From IMG/VR virus record IMGVR_UViG_3300044981_000214: a stretch of 64,000 nt of DNA. One strand, 5' to 3'. Below the pieces are notes generated by a model, which saw only the letters and a list, made by a program, of their open reading frames with translations, ran no database searches and was not told the DNA's origin. Origin of the DNA: a virus. Lineage: Duplodnaviria; Caudoviricetes. The translations under genes and the position numbers were made by a program. This document shows, one piece after another, positions 1-8,920 of this stretch. Each line of letters opens with the position of its first letter. Within the stretch, counting starts at the first letter, position 1.

Positions 1-1183
1 CATAACTCGTCGAGGACGAGCTTGCGCGCGTTGTTTGGAAGATCGTGAACGCAAGATCAAGCAAGACGAACCTCCTGACTACGTTCCTTGTGTCAGTATG
101 GACGGAGCAACAACACTACAGAATTTTTGTCAGCTCACAACGCGAGAAACACAGCACATCCTTTCTAACGAACAGCTAAGAAATATCGGCGTACCTATCG
201 TCGAACAGGAAGTGCTTGCTAGTGATGTGTTAGCGAGTCTACAGCCAATACCCGCTGGTTTACCTTCTGGTTGGGATGATCTCGATGCGGCGCTCAACGG
301 CGGATTCCGTCCAGGCCTTTATGTACTCACTGGCGGTACTTCTGTAGGCAAATCGGCGTTAGCTATCGCTATCGCGCGCAGCGTTGGTAGTCCCTCGCGC
401 CATCAGCCAACAACTATCATTGCCGCTGAACTAGGCAAGAACGAAACCGTTGCACGCTTGGTCGCACCGTTGGCTATAACACCGTGGCTAAACGTTCTTG
501 AGAGCGCTGGCTCGACAGTCTTTGCTGCCAGCACCGGGCATTTACTAGACGGCTATACGATATCGTTATTAGATATCGATCCCAGCCAAGATGCTGATGC
601 ACAGCTGGCAGCCCTCAAGCCGTGTCGATTGCTAGTTGTGGATTACTTGCAATACTGGGCTCGGCTAGAATCCGGCGAGCCAAGTCGTTCTGGCGTTGCA
701 CACATGAGCCACAAGTTGTCAGCCTGGGCCGTAAGAAATAACACGACCGTGTTGGCTATTTCTGACATCGCGAGGCATTTCTACGACACCGACGAACGTA
801 AGACGTCAGCTTCGGCGTTGGTAGGAGCCCCTAAAGACGCTGGCGAGGTCGAGTATGATGCAGCCGGCATGTTGCATCTGGACGCTGAAGTCGGCGATCC
901 GTTCGTTCGGGTCCGGGTTAGTAAGCATAAGTTCGGTCCTCGTGATGGCCGTGTTGGCTTCAAGTTCGACCCTGAATTGAATACTTTCACGCCAGATACG
1001 TTGATTGGCGAAGATGCGCTATACGGAAAAGTCTTAAAAGCCGTGCGAGACGGCTACACGACTGTAGTTGCGATCAGGGATTTTCTTGAAATCAAGAAAG
1101 AACGCCTTGTTGCTGTAGTAGCCAAACTGATCAAGCAAGGCCAACTGAAGCGGGTCAAGAATCAGTTGCAGGTCGTTGAATAG
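1..1183 (+). CDS. DnaB-like replicative helicase (SF4) with C-terminal winged helix; 5'-partial
   Basis: Walker A GGTSVGKS, Walker B LVVDYLQ, EVEYDA (IEQDAD-like), KHKFG; frame is open from position 2, so the gene probably starts outside the window. Confidence 0.85.
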   Translation, partial: ITRRGRACARCLEDRERKIKQDEPPDYVPCVSMDGATTLQNFCQLTTRETQHILSNEQLRNIGVPIVEQEVLASDVLASLQPIPAGLPSGWDDLDAALNGGFRPGLYVLTGGTSVGKSALAIAIARSVGSPSRHQPTTIIAAELGKNETVARLVAPLAITPWLNVLESAGSTVFAASTGHLLDGYTISLLDIDPSQDADAQLAALKPCRLLVVDYLQYWARLESGEPSRSGVAHMSHKLSAWAVRNNTTVLAISDIARHFYDTDERKTSASALVGAPKDAGEVEYDAAGMLHLDAEVGDPFVRVRVSKHKFGPRDGRVGFKFDPELNTFTPDTLIGEDALYGKVLKAVRDGYTTVVAIRDFLEIKKERLVAVVAKLIKQGQLKRVKNQLQVVE

Positions 1184-1230
1184 TAGCCTAGGCTATTATT
1201 AGCTCGTCTACCCAACGGTATAAGGAGTCC

Positions 1231-1268
1231 CGAGGCCGTCATCGTAAGGTGGCGGCTTCGAATTTTTG
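1231..1268 (+). terminator. Intrinsic terminator after helicase
   Basis: CGAGGCCGTCATC-GTAA-GGTGGCGGCTTCG stem (G:U pairs, GNRA loop) followed by AATTTTT. Confidence 0.7.
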
Positions 1269-1702
1269 GGCCCGGTTTTTGCGGTCAATAAGATCGCGAA
1301 TTTTGGTCGTGTTCCCGAAAAGGGACCGCTTCTTACAAGTACTTATTTATATTAAGAAAATCTGCCGTTTTCTTGGTAGTGTTCCCAGAAAACGCGGGTT
1401 AGGCCTGTTTTTCTGTCGTAGTTGCCTAGGCTTAAGCCTATGAAATCACTAATAAAAAAGCACTATTGAACGGGAACATTTGCGGACCCCAAAAGGGGGT
1501 GTTTAACACACCCTTTAGGGTAGGCCGGAACACTTCTACCTGGGCCTCTGGCCTAGCTCGACTTTCGTCCGGCAGGCCTTTCTGGGCTGCCTAGGAGGCC
1601 CTCAGGGCGCGTTTTGGATGTTTTGGCTATCCAGGGACGCTTCAGAGAAGAAAACACAGTGGCGAGCCTAAAGCGCAACACGTGAAGATGCTCGTTTCGA
1701 AC

Positions 1703-1746
1703 AAGAAAAATAGCTCTGTTCCCTAGGTTCGGGAACAGAGCTTTTG
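1703..1746 (-). terminator. Terminator (probably bidirectional) ending the minus-strand block
   Basis: Perfect 12-bp inverted repeat AGCTCTGTTCCC/GGGAACAGAGCT with A-run upstream and T-run downstream. Confidence 0.75.
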
Positions 1747-1779
1747 TGCTGCTTAACGCTGCGCGTAATTGGCTACAAT

Positions 1780-1989
1780 TTAACCCTCTTCGTACGGTCC
1801 TGCCTTGATACGCTGAAGCTTCACTTGCTCACGTGGAAATGACACGATCTCGCCGCCAACCTGGCATAGGTAGTAACCGTCACTGGACGGTCCCGCAACC
1901 AGAGTTCCAATAATGCGGTAAAAAAGGTCACGTGCGTTGTACACATTACCCAGCCAACCAATCAGAATGCTGTAATTTGCGTTCTTCAT
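1780..1989 (-). CDS. Hypothetical protein (start revised to MKNANY)
   Basis: ORF; promoter motif 9 nt upstream of ATG at 1989. Confidence 0.7.
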   Translation of the reverse strand: MKNANYSILIGWLGNVYNARDLFYRIIGTLVAGPSSDGYYLCQVGGEIVSFPREQVKLQRIKAGPYEEG

Positions 1990-1998
1990 GAGAGATGA

Positions 1999-2024
1999 AA
2001 CGCTTATCGAGGCGTTACTATTTC
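1999..2024 (-). promoter_or_regulatory. ECF-like early promoter GAAATA-N16-CGTT
   Basis: Matches recurrent motif; 9 nt to ATG. Confidence 0.7.
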
Positions 2025-2027
2025 CTG

Positions 2028-2210
2028 TCACCACAGTGAACCGCCAATCACACGCCCGGTCAAGACAACTGAAGCAGCGTTAGCGTAGCGGTTGCCCTGC
2101 ACAAACAGTCCAGCAATACGGCGCAAATAGCGAACGGTGGTGGTCTCGATAGGCTTCATGAATGACATTCCTCTGTATTGGCGGAGAACGTTTGACACCT
2201 GTGCGCTCAC
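2028..2210 (-). CDS. Hypothetical protein
   Basis: ORF with 4-nt overlap to upstream gene. Confidence 0.55.
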   Translation of the reverse strand: MSAQVSNVLRQYRGMSFMKPIETTTVRYLRRIAGLFVQGNRYANAASVVLTGRVIGGSLW

Positions 2211-2524
2211 GACTCCACGTCCTTGGGGAAATCAGTACGGTCGAAGGCGTACGTCCGGCACTCATACCGCGTGATTCCGATGCCTCCGCCGTTGCTCACG
2301 TACACGAACACGCACGGCCGGATCTCGTAGAGGGTGAACGCCTTGCCGTCGATCCCGCTAAACGAGCGGATGAGGTGCGGAGGAAGCCCGCCCACATGCG
2401 TCTCGACGCCGAGCATTGCATCGTACTCGAAACGATCGACGCTCACGATGGCGTCTAGGATCCGCTCGACCAGCACGCGGCTGGCCTTGGTACGCGTGGA
2501 GAACATCGTGTAGGTCCTCATCAT
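2207..2524 (-). CDS. Hypothetical protein
   Basis: ORF with own promoter motif. Confidence 0.7.
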   Translation of the reverse strand: MMRTYTMFSTRTKASRVLVERILDAIVSVDRFEYDAMLGVETHVGGLPPHLIRSFSGIDGKAFTLYEIRPCVFVYVSNGGGIGITRYECRTYAFDRTDFPKDVES

Positions 2525-2532
2525 GGCTATAA

Positions 2533-2558
2533 TACGCCCTAGTGGACGGAGCTATTTC
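2533..2558 (-). promoter_or_regulatory. ECF-like early promoter GAAATA-N16-CGTA
   Basis: 8 nt to ATG 2524. Confidence 0.75.
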
Positions 2559-2597
2559 AGGTACTGTAACTAGCTGTAATTGGCTAATATTCAACCA

Positions 2598-2996
2598 TTA
2601 CTTAGGCTCAGCCCCATGTTCGCCAATAACCATGACGTTATTGGCTACAGCCGCACCTTCTACGCCTACAGCGATTAACGGCATAAGTGGGTGTACACGA
2701 AATAGCCCGTACTCCAGCGCCATGCCGGCTGCCAAACACAGCACCAGAACGCCAGCATTAGGCGTATACCCAAGTAGCGGGTCCAGTTCACGGGCCCGTC
2801 CGGTCCATGTTCCACCATTCGACACGATTAGCGTAGTCGTTGTATCCGCAGCAGTTACTGCCCACGCAGCCCACAGAACAACGCCATCTTCTGAGAAAAC
2901 GCGAGGGTGTCGGTGAAGGGTATCAGCTTTGGAGGGACCGCCAAACGTACCTGCACAGCTAGAAATTAGAAGGACTAGAACAACTGTCGACTTCAT
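2598..2996 (-). CDS. Putative lipoprotein / membrane protein
   Basis: Signal peptide ending ISSC plus further hydrophobic segments. Confidence 0.6.
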   Translation of the reverse strand: MKSTVVLVLLISSCAGTFGGPSKADTLHRHPRVFSEDGVVLWAAWAVTAADTTTTLIVSNGGTWTGRARELDPLLGYTPNAGVLVLCLAAGMALEYGLFRVHPLMPLIAVGVEGAAVANNVMVIGEHGAEPK

Positions 2997-3147
2997 GACT
3001 TAGGCACTCTCATAAGTGTCTTTGCTAAACACTCGAAGCAGACCCACAACCCGCCACCTAGATAATGGGCTCGCACGGTACGATCGCCATGACCGCAGAG
3101 CCGTGCACCAGGGTCATAGTCGACGTCTTTATTTTTCTTGGTAACTT

Positions 3148-3447
3148 TCATGCCTTCATCTCACGAATCTTGTGTGCCAACACGACAAGACGATCGGCTG
3201 TCGGGCCCGAATGATGTGCACTAGCTGCATCCATGAGCGCATCGTGGATATCGCGCCAATCGTCAGCTGTAAAGTTTGGAAAGACGCGATCCGTTTTCTT
3301 ACACGGATTCGTGCACACGCCGTTTTCGAATAACGAATAGCAAAAATTATCACACATAGGACAATCGACAGTAAGGCAATCGTCATGTGCAGCTTCGGCT
3401 GCGAATGGCTGACGGCAGTGCGGGCACGTTGAGGCAGAGTAACTCAC
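3148..3447 (-). CDS. Cys-rich Zn-binding hypothetical protein
   Basis: CPHC, CPMC and further Cys pairs. Confidence 0.65.
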   Translation of the reverse strand: MSYSASTCPHCRQPFAAEAAHDDCLTVDCPMCDNFCYSLFENGVCTNPCKKTDRVFPNFTADDWRDIHDALMDAASAHHSGPTADRLVVLAHKIREMKA

Positions 3448-3644
3448 GACCGTGCCCTCGATTTAACGGTCTCGGACATGAAACCGACAAAGTCCCAAAC
3501 ATCAGAGCACCCAATTTCGTTGGTGCCTGTGTCAACCCAGATCATGCCGTTAGCCTCTTCGGTAATAGCGAACCGGAACTGCTTGGCAGTCAGGAAGGCC
3601 CAGGTAACACCCTTGCGGCGGTCATCATCTCGTGTGTTGCGCAT
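3444..3644 (-). CDS. Hypothetical protein
   Basis: ORF with own promoter motif. Confidence 0.65.
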   Translation of the reverse strand: MRNTRDDDRRKGVTWAFLTAKQFRFAITEEANGMIWVDTGTNEIGCSDVWDFVGFMSETVKSRARS

Positions 3645-3652
3645 GGCTAATA

Positions 3653-3678
3653 TATGCCTGAGGGTAAATAGCTATTCC
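3653..3678 (-). promoter_or_regulatory. ECF-like promoter variant GGAATA-N16-CATA
   Basis: 8 nt to ATG; same TATTAGCC spacer as the 4148 copy. Confidence 0.65.
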
Positions 3679-3704
3679 AGGTCAGCTAACTACCTGAACA
3701 TATT

Positions 3705-4139
3705 CTAGATCAAACTACGTTTCCGCCGGGCCGCGTCCGTGTTATGTGGACGAGCGTCGTCGTGACCCCACTTGTCGAAACAGTGTGCACACTCATGGGT
3801 CGTCTTGAAGTTCTCCTCGTCAAGTACAGCCTGTTCAAGCTGTGCGAACCACCAGCGCAGGTTCCAACGCCGAGAAATAGGGTGCGGGATGTTAGAGGAT
3901 TGGAACTCACCGTAACCCAGCACCTGCAAGCCGCGCATGACGCCAAACGCCTCACCGTAGTAGCCGTCGGTGACATCGAACGTCACTTCCTTGGTGTCGT
4001 ACTTGCCCTGGTTTCGCATGCAATCACGGGCTGCGTGAAGCATCATCTTGACTTCGGACTCGATCTTTAGGATCTGCGCATCCGAAAGTCGAAGGAAGCG
4101 AATATCTTCAAACCGCTTAATGGTCTTGTTGGTCTTCAT
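3705..4139 (-). CDS. Hypothetical protein
   Basis: ORF with own promoter; C-terminal CAHC. Confidence 0.75.
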   Translation of the reverse strand: MKTNKTIKRFEDIRFLRLSDAQILKIESEVKMMLHAARDCMRNQGKYDTKEVTFDVTDGYYGEAFGVMRGLQVLGYGEFQSSNIPHPISRRWNLRWWFAQLEQAVLDEENFKTTHECAHCFDKWGHDDARPHNTDAARRKRSLI

Positions 4140-4147
4140 GGCTAATA

Positions 4148-4173
4148 TACGCCTGACAGGGAACCACTATTTC
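4148..4173 (-). promoter_or_regulatory. ECF-like early promoter GAAATA-N16-CGTA
   Basis: 8 nt to ATG 4139. Confidence 0.75.
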
Positions 4174-4175
4174 GT

Positions 4176-4631
4176 CTAAGTAAAGTCCAGCAGATCAATG
4201 ACATCGGACCAGGCGGACAGGATTTCTTGGTCCATCAGGTTTGAGCATACGCTCGTAGAATGCGAAGGTCCGCGTGCCCGACGATTTACTTCATCCTGGG
4301 CATACTTGCGAAGGTGGGTAAGCGTATCAAAGACTTCACCCTTCGTAGTCGTCTTGGTTGCAATGGGCTTGGTGGCGTCTTCACCCGTGATAGCACGCAG
4401 CGCCAGATTAAATACACACAGTTTGGCAGCAGCACGAAACCTGCCATCAGCCCAAGTTAAAAGATTCGCTAAATCGCTTGGCGCTTTCGCTGCCTTAGAT
4501 AGCTCGTTAGTGAATTGCCAGATTTCGTTCTGTGCCTGATCACGCTGACGCACGAGAGTGTGGAAGATTGCGGTGAGACCTCGGACAGCATCGAGTTCGA
4601 TTTCATTCATGGTCATATTACTTTCATTCAT
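4176..4631 (-). CDS. Hypothetical helical protein (start revised to 4631)
   Basis: Promoter motif places the start at MNESN. Confidence 0.7.
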   Translation of the reverse strand: MNESNMTMNEIELDAVRGLTAIFHTLVRQRDQAQNEIWQFTNELSKAAKAPSDLANLLTWADGRFRAAAKLCVFNLALRAITGEDATKPIATKTTTKGEVFDTLTHLRKYAQDEVNRRARGPSHSTSVCSNLMDQEILSAWSDVIDLLDFT

Positions 4632-4642
4632 GGTCATATTAC
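4601..4642. repeat. 21-bp tandem duplication over a gene start
   Basis: TTTCATTCATGGTCATATTAC x2. Confidence 0.9.
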
Positions 4643-4665
4643 GTCTCAAGTCAGCCGACTATTTC
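4640..4665 (-). promoter_or_regulatory. ECF-like early promoter GAAATA-N16-CGTA
   Basis: 8 nt to ATG 4631. Confidence 0.75.
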
Positions 4666-5265
4666 ATTGGCTAAAGCACGCCATCGGCTAAGCGCCGATT
4701 CCGCAACCTTCATCCATAGTTGCGCCTCGCGGTCGTCGACAGCAGCCAGCGCACGGCGTTCAGCGGTAATAAAAATTTCCTCCAACCGGCGCGGATTAAC
4801 GTTCTCTACATTAGCTAGCTGACGTTTGGCCCAAGCTAGCCGTTTCTTAGTCAGTTTCTCATCGGCTTGAACAGGGCCGAATTCATTCTCAAACAACCGT
4901 GGCGGGCGCTTTGGGGATGTACGGACGCTTGTCGTAAATCGCGTCCAGATCTGCATCTCAGCATTCCACGTAGCGTAGCAGTAAGGATCAGCATTAATAG
5001 CGTCCTTTATTTGTTCTTCAATCTCGGCTTCAGTAAAGTCATTGCGTAGCTTGCGCCAATGAGCCCAATTACGGACTCGGCGGTCAACTAATGCGTATAG
5101 CATCGGATTAGCTAGATCGACGTAGGCTGATACGCTTAGTTTAGCCTCAAAACCGTTGACGTTGAATTTAATGCCTGTACCACTGGCAATATGTGGCAGG
5201 CTCCATTCAAAAGCCGTTACTGCATCAGGCCACCGTTCGCGCGCTTGTTGGATAGTGATAGGCAT
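4651..5265 (-). CDS. Hypothetical protein
   Basis: 204-aa ORF in packed array. Confidence 0.75.
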   Translation of the reverse strand: MPITIQQARERWPDAVTAFEWSLPHIASGTGIKFNVNGFEAKLSVSAYVDLANPMLYALVDRRVRNWAHWRKLRNDFTEAEIEEQIKDAINADPYCYATWNAEMQIWTRFTTSVRTSPKRPPRLFENEFGPVQADEKLTKKRLAWAKRQLANVENVNPRRLEEIFITAERRALAAVDDREAQLWMKVAESALSRWRALANEIVG

Positions 5266-5277
5266 GAGAAAAACACG

Positions 5278-5646
5278 CTATTTCTTGCGTAGCGATGGAA
5301 CGTAAAATATTTCCTTCGTACAGGGGAAAACCAAGTGTTGCGTCCTCCATTGTTCAGCCCAAGCCGTAGCTGTCCTTGCTCTTTCTTCAGCACTGACTGC
5401 TGACGCTTTAGCTGTAGCAGCGTTACGAATTTGCCTCTCCTCAAAGACATCGATCGCTTCACGAGGTGACGCAAAGAAATCTCGCCCCAAAGCATTCGGT
5501 GGAAACTTGATATTTAGGCCACCACAGAAATAACTATCGAGTCTAAGTTGCTTGTCGGTGACGACGATCAGCGTTCGTTCTTGCAATGCGAAATCATCAT
5601 TACCGAATACAGACACGACGCAATATACTTTATCGCCTTTTTTCAT
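5278..5646 (-). CDS. Hypothetical protein
   Basis: ORF in packed array. Confidence 0.7.
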   Translation of the reverse strand: MKKGDKVYCVVSVFGNDDFALQERTLIVVTDKQLRLDSYFCGGLNIKFPPNALGRDFFASPREAIDVFEERQIRNAATAKASAVSAEERARTATAWAEQWRTQHLVFPCTKEIFYVPSLRKK

Positions 5647-5649
5647 GCC

Positions 5650-5922
5650 TTAAGCCTCCAACTCTGTTTCAACCCACCAGCCCTCATAATGAGGCCTTAG
5701 AAAACCTTCACCCATGTGCCAGCGATAGAGTGCAGCACCTTTCTTGCGCTGCATGCCACGCTCGCTGAATTCATAGATATAATAGTTACGCCCTGATCGC
5801 TTGCGCGACACATACTTAGCGAACGCATCGAGAGTCTCGTCGTTCAGCGGGCGCAAACTCGTAATACGAGTGAGATTCTGTCCGCCTTCAACAACTACCG
5901 CAACCATGACTTCTTTGGCCAT
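5650..5922 (-). CDS. Hypothetical protein
   Basis: ORF with own promoter. Confidence 0.7.
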   Translation of the reverse strand: MAKEVMVAVVVEGGQNLTRITSLRPLNDETLDAFAKYVSRKRSGRNYYIYEFSERGMQRKKGAALYRWHMGEGFLRPHYEGWWVETELEA

Positions 5923-5932
5923 TTGACGCCAT

Positions 5933-5958
5933 AACGTGGACTATCTCTAGAATATTTC
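5933..5958 (-). promoter_or_regulatory. ECF-like early promoter GAAATA-N16-CGTT
   Basis: 10 nt to ATG 5922. Confidence 0.7.
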
Positions 5959-5960
5959 AT

Positions 5961-6269
5961 CTACATTTGGTTAGTTGGCACAACCACAACCCACTTACGC
6001 TCTCGATTATGCCAGTTCCACATGGGTCCATGTGGCCAGGCTGCCGGAGAGTGTTGATTGGGTATCTCAGACAGCCAAACACGTCCTCCAACGCCAGCAT
6101 CATTAGCCCACTTTACGGCAAACGTTCGGTCATCAGGAAGATCGTCTGGACCTAGTGTTGGCGCGACGTCACGGTCCCACATCACAACAGCGTCGTCACC
6201 GCCAATAGCAAACAATGCCGATATAAGATCGGTTTTTCCTGGCACTCCGTTCAAGTCAAACAGAATCAT
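5961..6269 (-). CDS. Hypothetical protein
   Basis: ORF in packed array. Confidence 0.65.
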   Translation of the reverse strand: MILFDLNGVPGKTDLISALFAIGGDDAVVMWDRDVAPTLGPDDLPDDRTFAVKWANDAGVGGRVWLSEIPNQHSPAAWPHGPMWNWHNRERKWVVVVPTNQM

Positions 6270-6561
6270 TCAGAACATACTTTCGTATGGATCGACGGCC
6301 ATCCAACGCACTCTGAAATCGTACCCGTTCGGTTCGTCGTCCATCCCTAGATAAGCTTCTGAGATATTGTAGATCTCGCAACTCTTGAGACCTTCATCAC
6401 TCCACCTCGAAGCCAACGCGTCCCCTAGAAGTGGGCCAGGACACAGGGCCTCAACTGCTTACCTAACAACGTGTAGAAATCAGGATTAGAGCAGTGCAGA
6501 TACGCTTCATGCTGACCGTCACTCTTTCGCTGCCATGAAATTACGTCGAATTCGAGCGATC

Positions 6562-7161
6562 TCATGACAAGTCGCCCATCTGCCTACGGAGGTTATTAAC
6601 CGCAGTAGGGATTGGCTGCTTTGCGAGGTCGTTCAAGAAATCACGGACCTCGTCATCAGACAACGCGGACAATCGTTGATTCAGTTGTCCGACCACCCAC
6701 AGTGGCAGCGCGGCCTGAATAGCAAGAAAATGCACGAAGGCAGTCGAGTCGATTGCAGGCACAGCCACGGCCTCCTTGGGCATCATGCAAGTGACAGGGA
6801 TGCCTGATGCAGCGACGTTGTCGCAAATGCAAGGAGGCACAGGCGCGATTGGATCGGTAACCGGAACCCAACCGTCATTAGGCGCCCCAGGCACTGCAAG
6901 GCGCTCCGGCTGATACTTGAGGCCAAACTTCCTACTACCGAGCCTATCAAGACGGATACGAACCTGATGCTTGCTCGCCAGTGTACCGGTGCGCATAGGA
7001 AAACCGTGATTCATGACTACGCGTACGCAAAAGGCGTACGACCCGTCAATCCGAATGACTTCCAGGTGCCGTCCAGCCTCCCGCTTATCCATGTCAGCGT
7101 AAACCTGACCGACAACAACGGGATTACGCACCGATCGGGGATTTTCCTTGTTGTTCACCAT
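6562..7161 (-). CDS. Hypothetical protein (start revised to MVNNK)
   Basis: Promoter motif 8 nt upstream of ATG 7161. Confidence 0.75.
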   Translation of the reverse strand: MVNNKENPRSVRNPVVVGQVYADMDKREAGRHLEVIRIDGSYAFCVRVVMNHGFPMRTGTLASKHQVRIRLDRLGSRKFGLKYQPERLAVPGAPNDGWVPVTDPIAPVPPCICDNVAASGIPVTCMMPKEAVAVPAIDSTAFVHFLAIQAALPLWVVGQLNQRLSALSDDEVRDFLNDLAKQPIPTAVNNLRRQMGDLS

Positions 7162-7169
7162 ATTAGTCA

Positions 7170-7195
7170 TACGCTTTAGTCGACCTTGTTATTTC
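7170..7195 (-). promoter_or_regulatory. ECF-like early promoter GAAATA-N16-CGTA
   Basis: 8 nt to ATG 7161. Confidence 0.75.
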
Positions 7196-7205
7196 TTTGA
7201 TTAGT

Positions 7206-7313
7206 TCAAGCCTTGGCAGAGTCGGAGTTATAACCCCATGGCGCCCAAGCATATAGCGTCATGAGGTAAGAACGCACCATGAACACAGCGAGATTATCGA
7301 TGTTTTCGAACAT
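7206..7313 (-). CDS. 35-aa small protein MFENIDNLAVFMVRSYLMTLYAWAPWGYNSDSAKA (below ORF-track cutoff)
   Basis: Own promoter motif with exact 8-nt spacing. Confidence 0.55.
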   Translation of the reverse strand: MFENIDNLAVFMVRSYLMTLYAWAPWGYNSDSAKA

Positions 7314-7321
7314 GCTCTATA

Positions 7322-7347
7322 TACGCATAGGTTAACGGGAGTATTTC
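7322..7347 (-). promoter_or_regulatory. ECF-like early promoter GAAATA-N16-CGTA
   Basis: 8 nt to ATG 7313. Confidence 0.75.
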
Positions 7348-7667
7348 TAGTAATCGCGTACTACATTGTCGCTGTCGAATCCACCCTCAAACGTCCATAA
7401 GTACTTGCCTTCGGCCTTGCTAATCCAATCTCCAAGATCTTGATTTTTAGCTAGTCCGTCTTTGTAGTGCTGCAAGTGTAAGCTATGACACGGTGCCATC
7501 GGTGCCCTGACAACACGGTCGTACATATCAACGTCCAGTTTGATAGTCGCCCACCAGACTTTCTTGCCTAGCACTGTTCGCACACGGAAATAGTCTGACA
7601 CATATTGCTGAAACGCCTTTGGAGTATTGGCTAATTGGCCAGAATCCACAATCATGACTTTAGCCAT
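7347..7667 (-). CDS. Hypothetical protein
   Basis: ORF in packed array. Confidence 0.7.
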   Translation of the reverse strand: MAKVMIVDSGQLANTPKAFQQYVSDYFRVRTVLGKKVWWATIKLDVDMYDRVVRAPMAPCHSLHLQHYKDGLAKNQDLGDWISKAEGKYLWTFEGGFDSDNVVRDY

Positions 7668-7687
7668 CGATTAGGTGTCCTTCTTTG

Positions 7688-8083
7688 TCAGCACGGACAA
7701 TAGTTGAGGGCCAACGACCGGCGATCACGGTCTGATAACAAATATGGATTGAGTAGAATTGCCAACTTCCATCCTGGGTGACACCACGGGCAACTTTCGT
7801 GTTCGTGATCAGGGTGGTTGTACAGACACATCTCGTTGCCATCTTCGCGACACTCGTGCTTCCACCGACCACAGCCGTGGTCGCATAGCTTACGCTCATC
7901 GTGAGGCCATGTGACAGTTACTTCGTGCTCGCCTTCATCACCACGAAGAAATTTCTCGGTATGGAGCCCGACATGTCCTAGCGGAAGCTGACAGCGCATA
8001 GTGGCTGACCCATCACCATAATTGTCGGCAATCCACATACGAGCATTACAATTCCCTACTGTATCTTTAGGTTCGCCGAACAT
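7688..8083 (-). CDS. Cys/His-rich hypothetical protein
   Basis: CQLPLGHVGLH, CDHGC, CPWC. Confidence 0.7.
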   Translation of the reverse strand: MFGEPKDTVGNCNARMWIADNYGDGSATMRCQLPLGHVGLHTEKFLRGDEGEHEVTVTWPHDERKLCDHGCGRWKHECREDGNEMCLYNHPDHEHESCPWCHPGWKLAILLNPYLLSDRDRRSLALNYCPC

Positions 8084-8086
8084 TTC

Positions 8087-8272
8087 TTAGTCCTTACAGC
8101 TACAACCACAACCGGATACACAACACGGCATGTGCGCCTGTGCATGCCCAAAGTTAGTCCTGTAGATTTGGCTGCAGTACATACAGAGCCATTCAGCACC
8201 CAATGCCTTAGCGATTTCGTCGCGAGAAATAACCGGTGGACGCTTGATATTGATCACTTTGATTATCTTCAT
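8087..8272 (-). CDS. Small Cys-rich hypothetical protein
   Basis: ORF; CMYC and terminal Cys cluster. Confidence 0.6.
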   Translation of the reverse strand: MKIIKVINIKRPPVISRDEIAKALGAEWLCMYCSQIYRTNFGHAQAHMPCCVSGCGCSCKD

Positions 8273-8508
8273 GGGTAGAAGTAACGAAATACTTTCTCGC
8301 CCTCTCGTGTGACACGCAACGTAGAATCAGGGTCAATTTCAATTGTACCGTTGCTCCACAATTCCCAAATAGCGTCCTCGACGGATTTGCGCGGAAGGGC
8401 TAATAGCTCGACAATCCGGCTAGTACGCGAGCCAGGATTTTTCTTGATGACCGCTAACGCTTGTCCTTGGATAGCGTCCATTTTATTTACAATCTCGACC
8501 ATCTTCAT
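8269..8508 (-). CDS. Winged-helix DNA-binding protein
   Basis: IKKNPG..IVELLALPRKSVEDAIWEL...GTI pattern. Confidence 0.6.
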   Translation of the reverse strand: MKMVEIVNKMDAIQGQALAVIKKNPGSRTSRIVELLALPRKSVEDAIWELWSNGTIEIDPDSTLRVTREGEKVFRYFYP

Positions 8509-8917
8509 GTTCGGTCGTCATGCCTAGATACGCACGCCGGCCACAAATGAGACATGTATGCGGAAATCGATCATTGGCCTTGGTTACCTGAACGACCTCT
8601 GATGCATTAGCCCGTGGAAGCTGAACCATAAAGCCATGACAATCTTCAAATATCGTATCTATGTCAGACTCCTCCAACAACGGGCTTCCATCGTCATTAT
8701 GAACCGTACTCTTTACGGACCAATAGGTACCGCTATGTGTAATAGAATCAATCCTCACTTTGTAGTCTCGATAAGGCTCTGCGTACTTATACCAATCATG
8801 CACACAGCCTAATAGGATATCACCCGTGCGCAGATCGCCTGGTTTAACGCGCTCCCAAGTAACGCTTTCTCCGTTGATGCGCGTAAAGCTCCCAGTGAAC
8901 GGTCCTAAATAAGTCAT
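8483..8917 (-). CDS. Hypothetical protein
   Basis: ORF; C-terminal CLICG. Confidence 0.65.
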   Translation of the reverse strand: MTYLGPFTGSFTRINGESVTWERVKPGDLRTGDILLGCVHDWYKYAEPYRDYKVRIDSITHSGTYWSVKSTVHNDDGSPLLEESDIDTIFEDCHGFMVQLPRANASEVVQVTKANDRFPHTCLICGRRAYLGMTTEHEDGRDCK

Positions 8918-8920
8918 ATC

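Larger units (their letters stand above)
1184..1779. other. Non-coding, palindrome-rich region; candidate replication origin
   Basis: Largest gene-free gap, at the strand switch beside the helicase; palindromes 1184-1195 and 1427-1440, imperfect inverted repeat ~1486-1521, AT-rich patches. Confidence 0.4.

Noticed and set aside
1249-1443. 64-aa ORF in the intergenic gap
   Set aside because: Starts inside a terminator stem, atypical composition, no promoter or RBS support.
6266-6510. Possible frameshifted gene (MKRICTALILIST... joined to ...VEALCPGPLLGD)
   Set aside because: Plausible but unsupported without a homolog; breakpoint cannot be placed.
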